Assembly: GCF_006345805.1 (NCBI RefSeq)
Contig: NC_043005.1
Coordinates: 108,624,001 to 108,688,000 of the forward strand
DNA length: 64,000 nt
Source of the DNA: Octopus sinensis
Lineage: Eukaryota
Reading direction: 5' to 3'
A program made the position numbers and the translations under genes. The stretch's first letter is position 1, and each line of letters starts with the position of its first letter. This document shows positions 39,570 to 53,164 of this stretch, piece by piece. The notes beneath the pieces are model-generated. The model had not been told where the DNA came from, made no database searches, and worked only from the letters and a program-made list of their open reading frames with translations.

Positions 39570-39990
39570 GGCACAGGAGTGGCTGTGTGATAAATAGCTT
39601 GCTTACCAACCACATGGTTCCGGGTTCAGTCCCACTGCGTGGCACCTTGGGCAAGTGTCTTCTACTATAGCCTTGGGCTGACCAAAGCCTTGTGAGTGGA
39701 TTTGGTAGATGGAAACTGAAAGAAGCCCGTCGTATATATGTGTGTATATATATGTATGTGCATGTGTACGTGTTTGTGTGTCTGTGTTTGTCTCCCCATC
39801 ATTGCTTGGCAACTGATGCTGGTGTGTTTACGTCCCCGTAACTTAGCGGTTCGGCAAAAGAGACCACTAGAATAAGTACTAGGCTTACAAAGAATTAGTC
39901 CTGGGGTTGATTTGCACGACTAAAGGCGGTGCTCCAGCATGGCCACAGTCAAATGACTGAAACAACTAAAAGAGTAAAAGAGTAAAGAGT
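39570..39990 (+). mobile_element. SINE family A, full length
   Basis: Head, B box, internal microsatellite and (AAGAGTA)n tail. Confidence 0.9.
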
Positions 39991-40599
39991 ATTTTAATTG
40001 GCAGAGATGTTAAAACTCTGAACATGAGGTAACATTACGCAGCATTCGTTCTGTCCCTTTGTACACTGAATTCGTAAGCCATTGAGGTCAAGTTTGTCTT
40101 TTGTTCTATTGGGTCACCAAAATAAAATCCCAGTCCAGAGTAGATTAATAGAATTGTTGGAGCATTGGGCAATGTATTTCACAATATTAGCTAAAATTCT
40201 TTGCAGTTTGAATTTAACACAACCAGGCCATTAGGCAACTTTATCAGAGTTCATTTTGTGAGGCATTTTCACAAGGTTTGTGGCGCGTTTTCACAAGGCT
40301 TGTGGCCTGGGGAAAACTTTCACTTTTTCCACAAAAATAAAGAATAATAAATAAATAGATAAATACAGACTCTACTGAGGTAAAATTTTACTATAAATTG
40401 GTTAATAATGCTGTCAAAATCAGGCTGATGTCCACTACTCCTGTCCTATAATGCAGAGAGAGAGAATTAGAACTGAGGTGGGTGGGAAAAGGACCACTCC
40501 CATTTACCTGCTGAAATGAAGTTAATTTTGTTGTCAAAGTCAAATACCTGTGGCTAGGAATTTTACATCTCACACAAATGGACAGATTTTTTAATATAC

Positions 40600-40646
<47 letters not shown>

Positions 40647-41016
40647 TATATATACATATATAAATATATATATATACATATAAGGAGACAAAATGGCTAC
40701 CAATTTTTCTGATTTCGCCAAGCAGCCATGTTGAATTGGAACATTTTCCACTTCTGCCTTGGCAGCCAACTCCTTATTTCATTGAATTATTTTGACAAGC
40801 ATTCTTTTTCCCCCCTTTTATAATTGAACTGTAGAAACAAAGATAATAAACCTTTGTTTATTTTTAAAAACAGCATTGTTCCTGGCTTTAAAATTTCTCA
40901 TGAGATGCATAAAGAACAATACTTAAAACATGGTCGTTCACACAGTAATAATTCACCCCTCTCCCCTCACTTCCCTTCTTCATTTGTGTTAGTGCATGTA
41001 TATATATATCTATGCC

Positions 41017-41052
<36 letters not shown>

Positions 41053-41758
41053 AGTACATGTGTGTACATACATATATATATATATCTGAATATGTATATA
41101 TGTACACATGTGCACATATATACTCATATATATATATATTATATATATATATTATATGTATGTATACATATATCTACCTATATATTCCATATATATATAT
41201 ATATATATATATTTATACTTGTATATATATATATATATATATATATACATCTATGTCCGTCTGTTTATAAATGTATGTGTGTGTGAGTTAGGATATGTGT
41301 ATGCAAACACACACGCATACACACATGCACACACACGAGCAAAGACAACCACACACTATGTGTCATTGCAGCTTTGTCCCTCTTTTAAAATCTACTTCCA
41401 ATATAACAACAAAGCTTCTGTAAAAACGTCCATTCATTAAATATTTATGAATGGGGAGCAATTATTGCTACTACGACCATACAACAAAACTGAAAACTAA
41501 TTCAGTACAAAGAACTAATCATAATAAGCTGCAATTCACACAGTTGTTTAAATTTCTGTATCCTGTTAAGGCCTCATACACCACACATCAAATTAGTTTT
41601 AAGTAGGTTTGTCTCTACTAGGGGCTGTAATTTTGTGTACATCTATGCGCTTGTACCTATTTGTAGGTATGAATGTATATTTTTGTATATCTTCGAGTAT
41701 GTGTAAATGTGTGTGTATTTGCCTGCTTGACATATATGAGTCTATGCTTGTGTGTATA

Positions 41759-42015
41759 CTCTTTCACTCTTTTCCTTGTTTCAGTCATTTAACTGCGGCC
41801 ATGCTGGAGCACCGCCTTTAGTTGAGCAAATCAACCCCAGGACTTATTCTTTGTAAGCCAAGTACTTATTCTATCGGTCTCTTTTGCTGAACCGCTAAGT
41901 TATGGGGACATAAACACACCAGTATCGGTTGTCAAACAATGTTGGGGGGACAAACACAGACACACAAACATATGCACACGCACATATATATATATACATA
42001 TATACGACGGGCTTC
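41759..42015 (-). mobile_element. SINE family A, 3' portion
   Basis: Reverse-complement similarity. Confidence 0.85.
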
Positions 42016-42153
42016 GTGAAAATAAATAATATGTGTTTGTAAGTGGCTGTATGTGTATCTATGTAAGAGTATGCCTATATGAATCTACTTGTATGCATGA
42101 GTTTAAGTATGGATTCCTGTTTGCATATATATATATATATATATATACACTAT

Positions 42154-42312
42154 CAGAGTGGTTGGCGTTAGGAAGGGCATCAAGCTGTAGAAACTCTGCC
42201 AGATCAGATCGGAGCCTGGTGCAGCCATCTGGTTCGCCAGACCTCAGTCAAATCATCCAACCCATGCTAGCATGGAAAGTGGACGTTAATGATGATGATG
42301 ATGATGATGATG
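42154..42312 (+). mobile_element. RTE LINE 3'-end fragment
   Basis: GAGTGGTTGGCGTTAGGAAGGGCATC...(GAT)n. Confidence 0.75.
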
Positions 42313-42468
42313 ATATATAAATGTCTGTATGTGTGTGTTTATGCACACTTATGTGTTTATTAAGTGTATGTATGTGTATGTGTGTATGTGTGTGCTTGTG
42401 TGTGTGCTCAATGAGGATAATAAATTTCTACACAGGAATAAAGACAGACATTTAGTGCAAAGATATAT

Positions 42469-42889
42469 AGGTGCAGGAGTGGCTATGTGGTAAGTAGCTT
42501 GCTAACCAACCACATGGTTCCAGGTTCAGTTCCACTGCGTGGCATCTTGGGCAAGTGTCTTCTGCTATAGCCCCGGGCCAACCAATGCCTTGTGAGTGGA
42601 TATGGTAGACGGAAACTGAAAGAAGCCTGTCGTATATAAGTATATATATGTATATATGTGTATGTGTGTGTTTGTGTGTGTGTGTTTGTCACCCTAGCAT
42701 TGCTTGACAACCGATGCTTGTGTGTTTACGTCCCCGTCACTTAGCGGTTCGGCAAAGGAGACCGATGGAATAAGTGCTGGGCTTACAAAGAATAAGTCCC
42801 GGGGTCGATTTGCTCAACTAAAGGCGATGCTCTAGCATGGCCGCAGTCAAATGACTGAAACAAGTAAAAGAGTAAAAGAGTAAAAGAGT
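42469..42889 (+). mobile_element. SINE family A, full length
   Basis: Same structure as 39570-39990. Confidence 0.9.
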
Positions 42890-43304
42890 TAAGTAAATCA
42901 ACATCAATATATGATTAGCGTATGCCGTAGAATCATCAGAAGAATAAAAAGAAAATAATTGCTGTGAAATTTGAAACATGTAAATGGTTGTAATTAAACT
43001 GCAAACTATTTTTATCAAATTCTCAAATGTTTCGGTGAGTCAATAACCAATAACACAAAGAGCAACATGAAAGGAAACAAAACACACATACAAAAATAAA
43101 ATAAAAAAGGCTACAAGTTCTAGGTATTGTGGGTTATACTTCTTTTCTTGAAACCTTCAATGTATGAAGGATGAAGTTGAAACCAGTGGAAACTGAAGTT
43201 CCGGTAGAACATTATATGAAATAATAAAGGTACCAAGCCATTAAAGCATATTTTGTCTTCCACTCTATCACATCTTCCAACTCACACCACTAGCATAATG
43301 TTCT

Positions 43305-43346
<42 letters not shown>

Positions 43347-43540
43347 CATTGAATGCTCTTAATAGGGAGCAGATAGACAGCAGACAACTGATGAAGGGTC
43401 CTTTCTCTGTGTTAGCTTGATCGGTTTTCTATTTTTCCTTGTTGTTTGTGTATTTTGCTTATTTTCCCTCATTTGTTCACATATTTCATGTTATTTGCAC
43501 CCTTGGTGACGTCCCGTACCCATAGATGCAGATATCTATC

Positions 43541-43581
<41 letters not shown>

Positions 43582-43717
43582 ATGTTATATATTAATTATC
43601 ATTTATTATTTAATTGAATGCAACACATCCATTTCAAAGTAAGATTATATATATATATATATATATGTATACATTTTCATTATAAAGGATCCCTAAACTC
43701 ACACCACTAGCATAATG

Positions 43718-43750
<33 letters not shown>

Positions 43751-43754
<4 letters not shown>

Positions 43755-44499
43755 GCAATTAAGGACAACTACTTAATAAGGAAAACTTAACAAGAAATTG
43801 TCAGGTAGATAGCGTAAAAACCTCATAAGAGAAAAAATTTCGAAAATAATTATTTCTTATTGAACATATTAATTTATATATAGAGGGCATTATACATACA
43901 TGCCAGAAGGCATTATACATACATGCCAAACGCTAAGAGGGACAATTAGTCATTTCTACCAAAAATATTACTAATCCCACCGAATGCAATTTTTCAAAGT
44001 AAGACATTTAAAAAAATATAGACCTGTATCACAGTGATTTCATACTTACGTATTCATCAGCAGGCCTGAATGTATTATAAATAAACAACGACCCTGCCCC
44101 GCTTAAGCCGATCAGCTAACTGCTCGACATCAACGAAGCACATGGGTGAGTTTACATATATTACATCCGGATAAATGGCAAACTTTTACGAATTGCATTT
44201 CGGGAGAGGAAAAGTTTTTTTCGGAATAAAAATTTAGCAATTAAGGACAACTACTTAATAAGGAAAACTTAACAAGAAATTGTCAGGTAGATAGCGTAAA
44301 AACCTCATAAGAGAAAAAATTTCGAAAATAATTATTTCTTATTGAACATATTAATTTATATATAGAGGGCATTATACATACATGCCAGAAGGCATTATAC
44401 ATACATGCCAAACGCTAAGAGGGACAATTAGTCATTTCTACCAAAAATATTACTAATCCCACCGAATGCAATTTTTCAAAGTAAGACATTTAAAAAAAT
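43751..44499 (-). mobile_element. Tandem (~1.55x) 482-bp non-coding HHR-bearing repeat, PLE pseudo-LTR or retrozyme-like
   Basis: TTTAGCAATTAAGGAC starts at both 43751 and 44233. The second copy appears identical up to 44499. One HHR per unit, no ORF, abuts (TA)n. Confidence 0.85.
44021..44066 (-). ncRNA. Minimal type I hammerhead ribozyme
   Basis: Minus strand: GGCCUG-CUGAUGA-AUAC GUAA GUAU-GAAA-UCAC U GUGA-UA|CAGGUC. Intact core, 6-bp stem I, 4-bp stem II with a GNRA loop, palindromic stem III and an AUA cleavage triplet. Confidence 0.85.
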
Positions 44500-46339
44500 T
44501 TTTTTCAATTTGTCAGGTAAATAGCTGGGTGATGTTGTAAATTAAAGAACAATTAAAGATATCTTCATTCCAAAGATGCCATTAAACTTAGCAACTTTGT
44601 TCATCAAGGCAGAACACACTTGCATACTGGCAGATATCAGATACCAATCACGATATTTAGCCCTATCAAAACATGTTCAAGATTTTTAACAATTCCAAAC
44701 AGCAGAGATTGTAACCTCATCTATCACTAACAAACAACTTAGTGAGTCAAGCAATGCTGCACATTAGATGAAAATCAACATTTTTGTCATTTCACTCCAA
44801 GAACTTCTTGGAAGCGATATTGTTTTCATTTTATTTTTCCTGAGTGTATGCAAATGATTATGTAGTCTGGATCTTAAAATGGAAGAAGTAGAAGCTATGT
44901 AACTGAAAGTGTGTATATTAGATTTATGTTGCATTTTCCTACACTGTATTTTGTTGGCATCTATTTCTTAGTGGGCATTTAGATTTCTTCCTACAGTTGT
45001 GTAAACTAGTTAATGTCTGAATGGGAATATTGTGGGTTACATAACTGATATCATTATGTAGTACATAGTCACAGGCACAGAATTGTCATTATATTAGTCA
45101 TAATGTAGTTGATAGGATTATACATGTGTTTATAAACACTACATAATCTTGACTATTCATCTCATCAATGTTTTACCGAAAAAATGTGGTGAAATGATGA
45201 GTAATTTTCTGCAAACGATTATGTAATCCTCTTGATTTGTTGAAACATGTGCTTGTTTGAAAGCTTAATTCATGAAACATGTTTTCTGCATTTTATAAAT
45301 ATTATTAGATGGTTCATAGCCTATCTGGTGTTTTGCTATTTATTGTCAATCTGTACTTGTATACAGAATTCAAATTCTTGCTTACACGCCATGCTTTGTA
45401 GCACACACACACATACATTTAAAATATTTTATTTCAATGTGAATAGAGCTTCACCCAGTTTTTGATTTCCCATCTCCATGTGATGAATTAAAATGAAAAA
45501 TATAAATTATTTATAAAAGAACTCAAAATTTGAGAAGGTGAACTGATTAAACAAATGTCTGAATAGCTAACAAAGAGTCAGCAAGCTTCTGCAATATTAA
45601 TTTTTAATTAAATGTGTTTATGCTTAATCTCTTTGTTCTTTTTTCTGGATCACCAGTTTTCTTTTTTGTGTGTGTGTGTTGTGTGTGTGTGTGTGGTGTG
45701 TGTGTGTGTGTGTGTGTGTCACCGTACTTGATTGTATTCTGCCCACCATTTTCATGATTTTCTTTTGTTACATTTTCAGCATATACTTTGAGTTATTTCC
45801 CCTGAACACTTTGACTTTAGTTACACATGTCGCCCTTTCCTCCTAAATTATATCTTGTTTATGGGTTCATACTTATTCTCATTGCATATATTTTAACATT
45901 TTTTATTTCTTTTATTTCAAAATACTAGCTTATTTTCCTTAATCTTTCTGTATAGGCATTTCTTAATCTTTTCTTTCTTTCCTTAATTGATAAGCTTCCT
46001 TTCTACCCTTTCACTTATACACAGCAATTATATCGTCAACAAATAAGATCCTTTTGTCCTTCTTTTCAGTAGTCATCCACTCAAAATTTGCCTAGAAATT
46101 CAAATATTTCCTCTACACATCTTTTAAATATATTTCATATATTTCATTTTTTTATAATCATCCAAAGATTGGAAACAAGTGATTCAGGGTAATGATTTGT
46201 GAAATTTTAGATTCCAATAGAATATAATGTATAACTCTACTTTTAATATTGAGCACTCTTTTTTCACCCTGTTGTGTATCATTGTTCAAATTCATCTGCA
46301 CATCCACACACAAATACAAATACATGTATGTATACATAT

Positions 46340-47680
46340 AGAAGAGTTAAGAGTCAAAAGAGTTGAAAGAGCTGCTGAAAGTAGTAGAGGAGAGCAAGGA
46401 GATGTAGTAAGTATCTAAGAGAGATGAAGAAAGGTAGCAAGGGGTGGTTGAACTGTATCTGGTAAGAGGGGAGAGCTAAGAGGGGGAAAAAGGAGACAAG
46501 GAAGAAATATCAGTTAACAATGGGTTTGGCTGTGATAGTAGAAGGGGAGAAGTAAGAGGGAGAGTAAGAAGATAGAGGAGAGGTAACAAGCAGCAATAGT
46601 GGTAGGAGGGTGAGAGTAAGACAAGAGAAGGGAATTATGTATCTGATGGGTCAGCTGGTGATGGTAGGAGAAGATACAAGAGGGAGGGTAAGGAGACATG
46701 GGAGGGGCATCTCTTAGCAATAGAGTCAGCTGCTGATGGCTGGAGGAGAATATGGAGGGAGAGTAAGAAATAAGACAGAGGAATCACCAGTAGGGGTCAG
46801 CTAGTGAGAGAGGAAAAATTGGGAGGGTGATGAAATAATGGTGAGGAATGCATGATCATGGAAGGATTAGAGCATAGAAGCGAAGAGAAGATAATGGACA
46901 AGAGGGGCATAAGTGCTTGATAGTATAGAAAGGGACAGTAAGAAGGGATAGTAAAGAGGAATAGTAAAGAGGGATAGTAAAGAGGGATAGTAAAAGATAA
47001 AGGTTTTAAAGGAGAATCTTAATGAAAAAAAATAGGATGGAGGTGAAGGGGGTTGGAGGTATCAGAAATATGAGTATGGAGGTAGGAGGAAAAGAAAGCT
47101 TCAAAGGAGAAAGGGTGAGAACTATAGAGGGGTGGGCCCCATAGAGGAGTGAGAACTATAGTGGCTTAGAGAGTGAAGTATGAACAAAAAAGTATAAGTT
47201 AATAGAATAAGCTGGAGGAGAAGAACCAGAACTACACTGAGAAGGTTGCAGAATTAGGGAATAAAGGGATTAGGGAAAGTGAGGGGAAGTTAGAGGAGGA
47301 TGTACAAAAAAAAGTGAGAGTAAGTATGGAGATAAATAAAGAGAGCAATGAAGTAGAAAAGCCTGGAGGAGTAAAAATATAGAATGGAGAGTTGGGAGAA
47401 GGATGAGATCAGTGTTGGAGATTAAGTAAAGAAATGGGAATAAGAAAGAAGATTTTTGTGAGGTGTAGAAGAGTAAAGGGGCGAGTAAGAGTGGCATGAG
47501 GAGTAGGAAAAAAGGAGGAGTAATGTGTTGTGATTACTGGAAAGAGAAAAAGTAATAAGGTGATGAGAGAAAGCACGGAGATAGTGAAGATGGCATAATG
47601 TTGGAAAGGAAGCAGAAAGAGAGGGAAGAAAAAAGAGAGAGAAAATGAAGAAGAAGGAAAGAATCAGAGAGAGAAAAGAG
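46340..47680. repeat. Purine-rich (A/G) low-complexity tract
   Basis: Strong plus-strand purine skew. Includes a 13-bp AGAGGGATAGTAA minisatellite at ~46935-46995. Confidence 0.8.
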
Positions 47681-48792
47681 AGTCACACACACACCTGCAT
47701 GCACATGCACACACCATTACTCACACTCACACACGCATACACACACACACACACATAGAGAGTGAGAGAGAGAGAGAGGAGGAGGAGAGAGAGTTAAGAA
47801 CAGAGAAAGAGACTGATGGTTACAGGTGATGGTAAAAAGAGGAAAAGAGAGAGAGAGAGAGCTACAGATGCTACTAAAAAATGGGGTATGAGAGAAATTT
47901 TAGTGATATGGAAGACATCAGAAGAATTATATTTACAGAAATTACTAAGTGTGTGTGTACACGCATGCACACACACATACACACATACACACACACAGAT
48001 GATAACCAGAGCTCTTGTTGTACTCATGTAAACAAGTACAACACAATGCATAACTAGTCTAGCCACCCAATAATGTATATGCATATATATATGTGTGTGT
48101 GTGTATGTAAGTGATTATGTGTGTGTATGTGCATGTGCACATGTTTACAAGTGCAGGGAAGCTGAATGTGAGACAAGGACACTCTCATTTGAAATCTATG
48201 ATGTTTGTAAAATCTGGTTGTCTTGCTTTTTGTACTTGCGCGTATCACAGTTGGTTTTTAATGCTTTTGACACTGCCAAATTGAATGGTGTCAAAACCAT
48301 AGTGATATCCACCAGGCAGCTGATGATGGGCATATATTTTTGATATTTGTGTTGTCCTAGAATCTTTCATACCTTGGAGTCTTGTTATTTTGTATTGTCT
48401 TTAACTCCTATAAGGTTGAACATGCTAAAGGGCTTGTGATTTAAAGTGATTACATGGATTGATATAGTGATATTGCATAAGTGTCATCATTAGTAATATC
48501 ATTATGCTAGGATGATACATAATTAATGGTTTGTAGTATTGGGAGGTTGTGTGGCATATACATTAGTGTTTAATTTTGTATCAAGTTGTATATTTTTAAG
48601 GTTATACAAGGAGACGGTTGACAGTAATTTCTAAGTTTTTAACTTACATTCATCTGACAGTTAATATGTGTGCATGTGCACGCACGCACACACACACATA
48701 CATATAGATACGTATATATATACACACATATATGTATATATATATACATATATATACATACATTATATGTATATGTATATATACATACATAC

Positions 48793-48841
<49 letters not shown>

Positions 48842-49154
48842 CACACACATGCATACACCACACACAAGTACACTCACATATATACATATATATATATATA
48901 CATACATATATATACAACACACATATATATATTATAATATATATATATATGTAGATATATATATATATAATATATATACATATATATATATATACTATAT
49001 ATATACATACACATGCATAACACACAAGCAGCACACTGACATATATGTGAGAGAGAAAGGGAGTGAGAAGGGTGACAGTCTAAGAAAAGAAAAGGTGTGG
49101 GTGACAGTGTGAGGAAGAAGTATGAGAGGAGAATAGTATATTGTGAGACTAAAA

Positions 49155-50450
49155 TTCTTCTTCTTCTTCTTCTTCTTCTTCTTCTTCTTCGTCTTCTTCT
49201 TCATCATCATCATTCTCATCATCGTCGCTACCACCACCACCACCAACACCACCACCACCGCCACCACCACCACCACAACCATCATCATCATCATCATCAT
49301 CATCTCCTCCTTCCTCTCATGTTGTTTTATCTTAAATATCAAATATTACTGTTGCTGTTGAAGTTGTTGCTATTATAATCTTTAATATTGTTGTTCTGTT
49401 TATTCATTGTTGATGTTATTGCTGTTGGTGTTACTGTTGCTGTTGTTGTTGTTATTGCCCTTGTTGTTATTAATTCCGTTATTATTTTATCATTAATATG
49501 TTTTTTTAAATCACTGTTTTCTTATTGCTTTTTGATGTTGTTGTTCTTATCCTTGTTGGTATTATTTTTGCTATTATTTACATTGTATTATTTTTGCTAT
49601 TATTTACATTGTAGAAGTTGTTGTTGCATTTCTTATTCAGTATCTCTATTAATTTTTTTCTCCTGCTGATTTAAGCCTTGCTCTTGTTTTTGTTAATATT
49701 GTTCTCATCAGTGCCTTGTTGTTGTTACGGTTGCTTATCGTGTTATTGTTGTTATTATTATTGCTGTTTTTGTTGTTGTTGTTATAATGCACTTATTACA
49801 GCAGCTGCCAATGTTGTTGTTGTTGTTATTATTGGTGCACTTGTTACTGCTGCTGTTGTTGTTGTTGTAGTCACTCTTGACTTTTCTCATGTTCTCTATG
49901 GCTCTTTGTTTTTGCAGCTGTCCGCATACTTATTGTTTGTGTTGTTGTTGTTGTTATTTACTTGTTTTATGAACACCACAGTCAAATATTAGATAAAGGA
50001 ACTGGAATATGGGTTGTGAGAGTAGAGCAGCAGATTACCTTATGCTGTTCGTTTCACCTCTCGGCATTCTAAGTTCAAATATCACCAAGGTCAGCTCTAC
50101 TTTTTATCCTTTTGTGAGTCAATGAATAAAATGTTATAATCCAGGGTGGTGGTTGAGCAGGAGTTTCCAGACATTGGACAAATCATCATCATCTTCACCA
50201 TCACCATCATCAACATCATCAATACCACTACCACCACCATCATCATTATCATCATCAACAACAACACGACCACCACGAAAACCACAACCACGACCACCAC
50301 GACCACAACCACCACCATCATCATCGTCACCACCACCACCACAACCACCATCATCATCATCATCATCACCACCATCATTACTCTAGTCATCATCATTGTT
50401 ATCCCCATCGTCGTCATTGTAGTCATCATCATCATCATCATCATCATTAT
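49155..50450. repeat. Compound trinucleotide microsatellite region (TTC, ATC, ACC, TTG)
   Basis: Direct inspection. Confidence 0.85.
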
Positions 50451-50896
50451 TTAGTGTGCCATTTTTTTCAATCATTGCATGGGTTGGACAATTTTTTGAG
50501 ACAAATTTTTCTATGACCAGTTGTCATTCCTGTCACCAGTCCTCACCAGTTTCCAAGTAAGGTAATAATTTCTTATGACCAAATGTTTTTTGATGGAAGC
50601 CATGGATCTTAGGAATCAGCATAGCAGAATTTATATAAACTTACATTTCTTCAAGACGTTTATTTCTGATAATGAGTCTTTTTGCCCGAATTATTTAAAA
50701 GTTACTTAATTGCCTATTTTTGCATTGTAAGACACACACACTCTCTCTCTCTCTCTCTCTCTCTCCCTCTCTCCCTCTCTCTCTCCCTCCCTCTCTCCCT
50801 CTCTCTCTCTCTCCCTCTTCATTACTGTTATTTTACTAATATTGAAAACATCCTCTAAATATTTGGTCTTGTACCAAAATCTGAAGTAATTATTAA

Positions 50897-51307
50897 GGCG
50901 TAGGAGTGGCTGTGTGGTAAGTAGCTTGCATACGAACAACATGGTTCCAGGTTCAGTCCACTGCATGGCACCTTTGGTAAGTGTCTTCTACTATAGCCTT
51001 GAGCCCACCAAAGCCTTGAGAGTGGATTTTGTTTACGGAAACTGAAAGAAGCCTGTTGTATATATGTATGTATATGTGTGTGTGTGTGTGTTTGTGTCTT
51101 TGTTTGTCCCCCCAACATTGCTTGACAAACGATGCTGGTGTGTTTACATCCCCATAACTTAGCAGTTCAGCAAAAGACACCGACAGAGTAAGTACTAGAC
51201 TTCCAAAGAATAAGTCCTGGGGTCAATTTGCTCGACTAAAGGCAGTGCTCCAGTGTGGCCACAGTCACATGATTGAAACAGGTAAAAGAGTAAAAGAGTA
51301 AAGAGAG
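50897..51307 (+). mobile_element. SINE family A, full length
   Basis: Same structure as 39570-39990. Confidence 0.9.
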
Positions 51308-52611
51308 ACATTGATCTCACAATTAGTAAAGTGTCAGGAAAATGGCTTGTGGTATTCAATAATAACTATGTTTGGAGTTCAAATCAGGTGAAGGTTGACT
51401 TATCGATTGATCATACAGGGGCTGATGCAAATCCTTCCTCTTATTGTCATAACATGTCACCTTGCAATTACTTAGACTCCTATGTCTTAAGTTCAAATTC
51501 TACTAAATCACCAAAGAATTACTGAATTTATGAAGCAACAAGACAACAACAATAGCAACATGGAACCTCTAACAATTGTTCAACCTATGAGAAGTAACAG
51601 CCAAACTTCCCTCAATTAAACAGTCAGCCATTTTGTCTCTTTAAGGAAACATTCATCAAAGAATACAGTTTACATATTCAAAAAACACACAAGATGGTCA
51701 TGTCTGGAATGCTTTTAATTAATGGCTAAGTAGATACGATTGAGGCCACTTAGCATTTTTCTCAGTATGCTAACAGTTTTGAGTTTAAATTCCACCCAGG
51801 TCGACTTTGCCTTTCATCTTTTCTGTGTCACTAAAATAAGTACCAGTTGAGCACTGAGATTGAATGTAATCTCCTTACCAATTCCTCAGAAATTGCTCGC
51901 CTCGTGCCAAATGCAAAACCAATATTGGCAACATGTGTGTCATTGTCTAATTCTTTAAATTTGCTTCTTTTTATCTGGTCATCGGGAATAAATATTAATT
52001 CAGCTCTCATAGATTAGCCCCTAATGAGAGATGCAAATCTATGCGGGATAGTTTTATCTCTCATTGCTTTGTTATGCACCATGAATTTTGGACAATACAC
52101 TGGTCCCAAAAGTGCACCCAGAGTCTGATAGGAAATTTTTAAAACATTAATTGCAATCAAGATTAGTTTTCAATGCCCATATATCAGAGATTGTGGCTGA
52201 TATAATAAACAGCATTCTAATATTATTGGTCACAGTGTAATTAAAATTCTGAAGTTGCAAAGGCACAGAGAAGAGGTACCCAATGGCTTGACCATCTGGC
52301 TTCAGTGAGAATAGCCAAATAACATGTTGAGTTTAAAGCATGCCAGGAGGACCTAGAGGTCCATGATCAATGATGCATGGAGAGAGAGAGGGGTGGGGAA
52401 CAGAGAGTGGGAAAGAGAGATAGCAGAGTGCAATCATCCAGACAATTATCTTTTCTCTTTTATCTTTTTCATGTTTCAGCTATTAGACTGTGGCCATACT
52501 GGGGCACTGGCTTGAAAAGTTTTATTCAGATTAGTCTGCTTTATGGTAAGCCTGATACTTACCATACACACACACACACAGATATATATATATATTATAT
52601 ATTATATCCAA

Positions 52612-53014
52612 GGCTGTGTGGTAAGTAGCTTGTTTACCAACCACATGGTTCCGGGTTCAGTCCCACTGCGTGGCACCTTGGATAGTGTCTTCTACTATAG
52701 CCTCGGGCCGACCATAGCCTTGTGAGTGGATTTGGTAGACGGAAACTGAAAGAAGCCCACTGTATATAGGTATATATATATATATTATATATACGTGTGT
52801 GTGTTTGTGTGTCTGTGTTTGTCCCCCTAGCATTGCTTGACAACCGATGCTGGTGTGTTTATGTCCCCGTTAATTAGCGGTTTGGCAAAAGAGACTGATA
52901 GAATAAGTACTGGGCTTACAAACAATAAGTCCCGGGGTTGAGTTGCTCGATTAAAGGCGGTGCTCCAGCATGGCCACAGTCAAATGACTGAAACAAGTAA
53001 AAGAGTAAAAGAGT
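52612..53014 (+). mobile_element. SINE family A
   Basis: Same structure as 39570-39990. Confidence 0.9.
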
Positions 53015-53164
53015 AATTAACAGGGATATAATGACATCAGCACCAGTTGCCAAGCTGTGAGGGGAGGGGGGAACAAACACAGACACAAAGAACATACATA
53101 TACATACACAAATGCATGCATATATATATATAAGAATATATATTCTTTTATTTTCATATTCATT

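Noticed and set aside
43385-43400. CTGATGA as part of a hammerhead
   Set aside because: No matching stem II or GAAA downstream.
48140-48343. Exon or nuclease-like transposon relic (LVFNAFDTAKLNGVKTIVIST)
   Set aside because: The similarity is too vague and there is no supporting donor site.
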